Of a stretch of DNA of 64,000 bases, positions 62,891-64,000 are shown piece after piece; position 1 is the first letter of the stretch, and every line of letters starts with the position of its first letter. The notes under the pieces were generated by a model. It made no database searches and had not been told where the DNA came from. It saw only the letters and a program-made list of their open reading frames with translations. The stretch lies in the NCBI RefSeq assembly GCF_009914755.1, contig NC_060925.1; one strand, given 5' to 3'. The translations under genes were made by a program, and so were the position numbers. This stretch comes from the human T2T-CHM13v2.0 reference genome, Homo sapiens.

Positions 62891-64000
62891 AGCTGTAAAG
62901 CAGTGGGACTTTCACATGTGAGATGCCCACATAAGTGCCCCTGAGAGGCAGCTGCATCTCAACACCGCGGACCCTAATGACCTGGCTCCCTCCCCTGCGT
63001 GCCCCTCCAGAGGAAGCCTGGACCTTGTCACGCACACACTCCACCACCGCGTGATTGTGGCTAAACTCCTTGGCTTGGCATTCCAGGCCCTTCCTGGCAC
63101 AGCCCAAGCCTCCCATCCCGGTAGAGCCCAGGCCTCCCTTCCATTCACCTGCTCAGCACTCCATGGGCATCTCTGTGCGCCGTGTAGTTACTGGGCACAG
63201 AGCGGGAGTCGCATGCAATCCCTCCCCACAAAGAGCCCACGAGCTAGTGAGGGAGGCAGACCCGTACGCAGGCACTCATCGCACACCCGGCGGGCACCCG
63301 ATGGCAAGGGGGGCCCACCACCCAAGGGGAGTGCTGCCGCCGAGGGCTTCAGATGGTGCCTGGCCTTGTTTCACTTAATCCCCGTGGCCACCCTATGGGG
63401 AGGGACCGGGAGCAGGCTTGTGAGAATGCCTGAGCCCCCGCGTGGGGAATGAGGTGGGGAGGGTGCGCCACACCGAGAGGTGACAGTGCTCGTAGCTGCC
63501 GTGCCCATGACGGGGCTGGAGAAGGGCTCTGAGCAGAGGACAACCCATGACTTCCAGCCTCCCCGGCCCCTCCTCTGCAACAGACCTGCCCCTCCTCAAC
63601 ATGCCAGGCCTGGCCCAGCCCTTCTCTTCTGTGGGGCACCTAGGAAGGAGAGAGGTGCCACTTCTCTCTTCCCTCCACACCAGAGCATAGTCCAGCCCAC
63701 CCCAGCCCTTTCCAGCTCCTCCCCAAAGCACATGCTTCATCTTGTCTGTTCCAATTTTTGCAGATGCTGGTCCGCTCTGGAACACTTGCTGGGCCAGGAC
63801 TTATTTCTGGATCAGGGCTGGAGGGGGCCGGAAGGGCGAGTGTACCATGTGGCTGGCCTCCTCTCGACCCCCATTCCTGGGTCCCATCTGTCTTTGCCCT
63901 GTCTTTTGGTCCCTTGGTCCTCACATTTGTCTTTCTTTCTCTACGTATCTCTGTCTTCACTCTCTGGTTGACTTTGTGCAGCTGTGGAAGGTGAGGCTCT

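Overview
This is primate, almost certainly human, genomic DNA, not microbial. It lies inside the Golgi alpha-1,2-mannosidase IC gene (MAN1C1, glycoside hydrolase family 47) on the + strand. The first ~40 kb is intron. Five coding exons follow (40002-40117, 42589-42669, 46818-46912, 51921-52038, 57205-57298) and splice into one open frame. I number them 3-7 from recall of the gene structure. One intron is GC-AG. The rest is about 30 Alus, old L1/L2/MIR, MaLR and MER41 LTRs, microsatellites, a pyrimidine tract and a 2.4 kb CA/C-rich minisatellite. I found no CRISPR array, RNA gene or new protein-coding gene; the long ORFs in the track are repeat artefacts. Best leads: (i) a two-part templated insertion at 2242-2797, made of an inverted 338 bp copy plus a direct 209 bp copy of sequence 3-4 kb downstream, whose geometry fits both break ends copying the sense strand; (ii) further local templated duplications; (iii) a 504-nt, stop-free, phase-symmetric exon 3-7 block bracketed by inverted Alus, a candidate circRNA with an endless ORF; (iv) a GC donor with competing donors; (v) UPRE/CREB3/GASE-type motifs in intron 6. 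Repeat subfamily calls and repeat edges are by eye and approximate.
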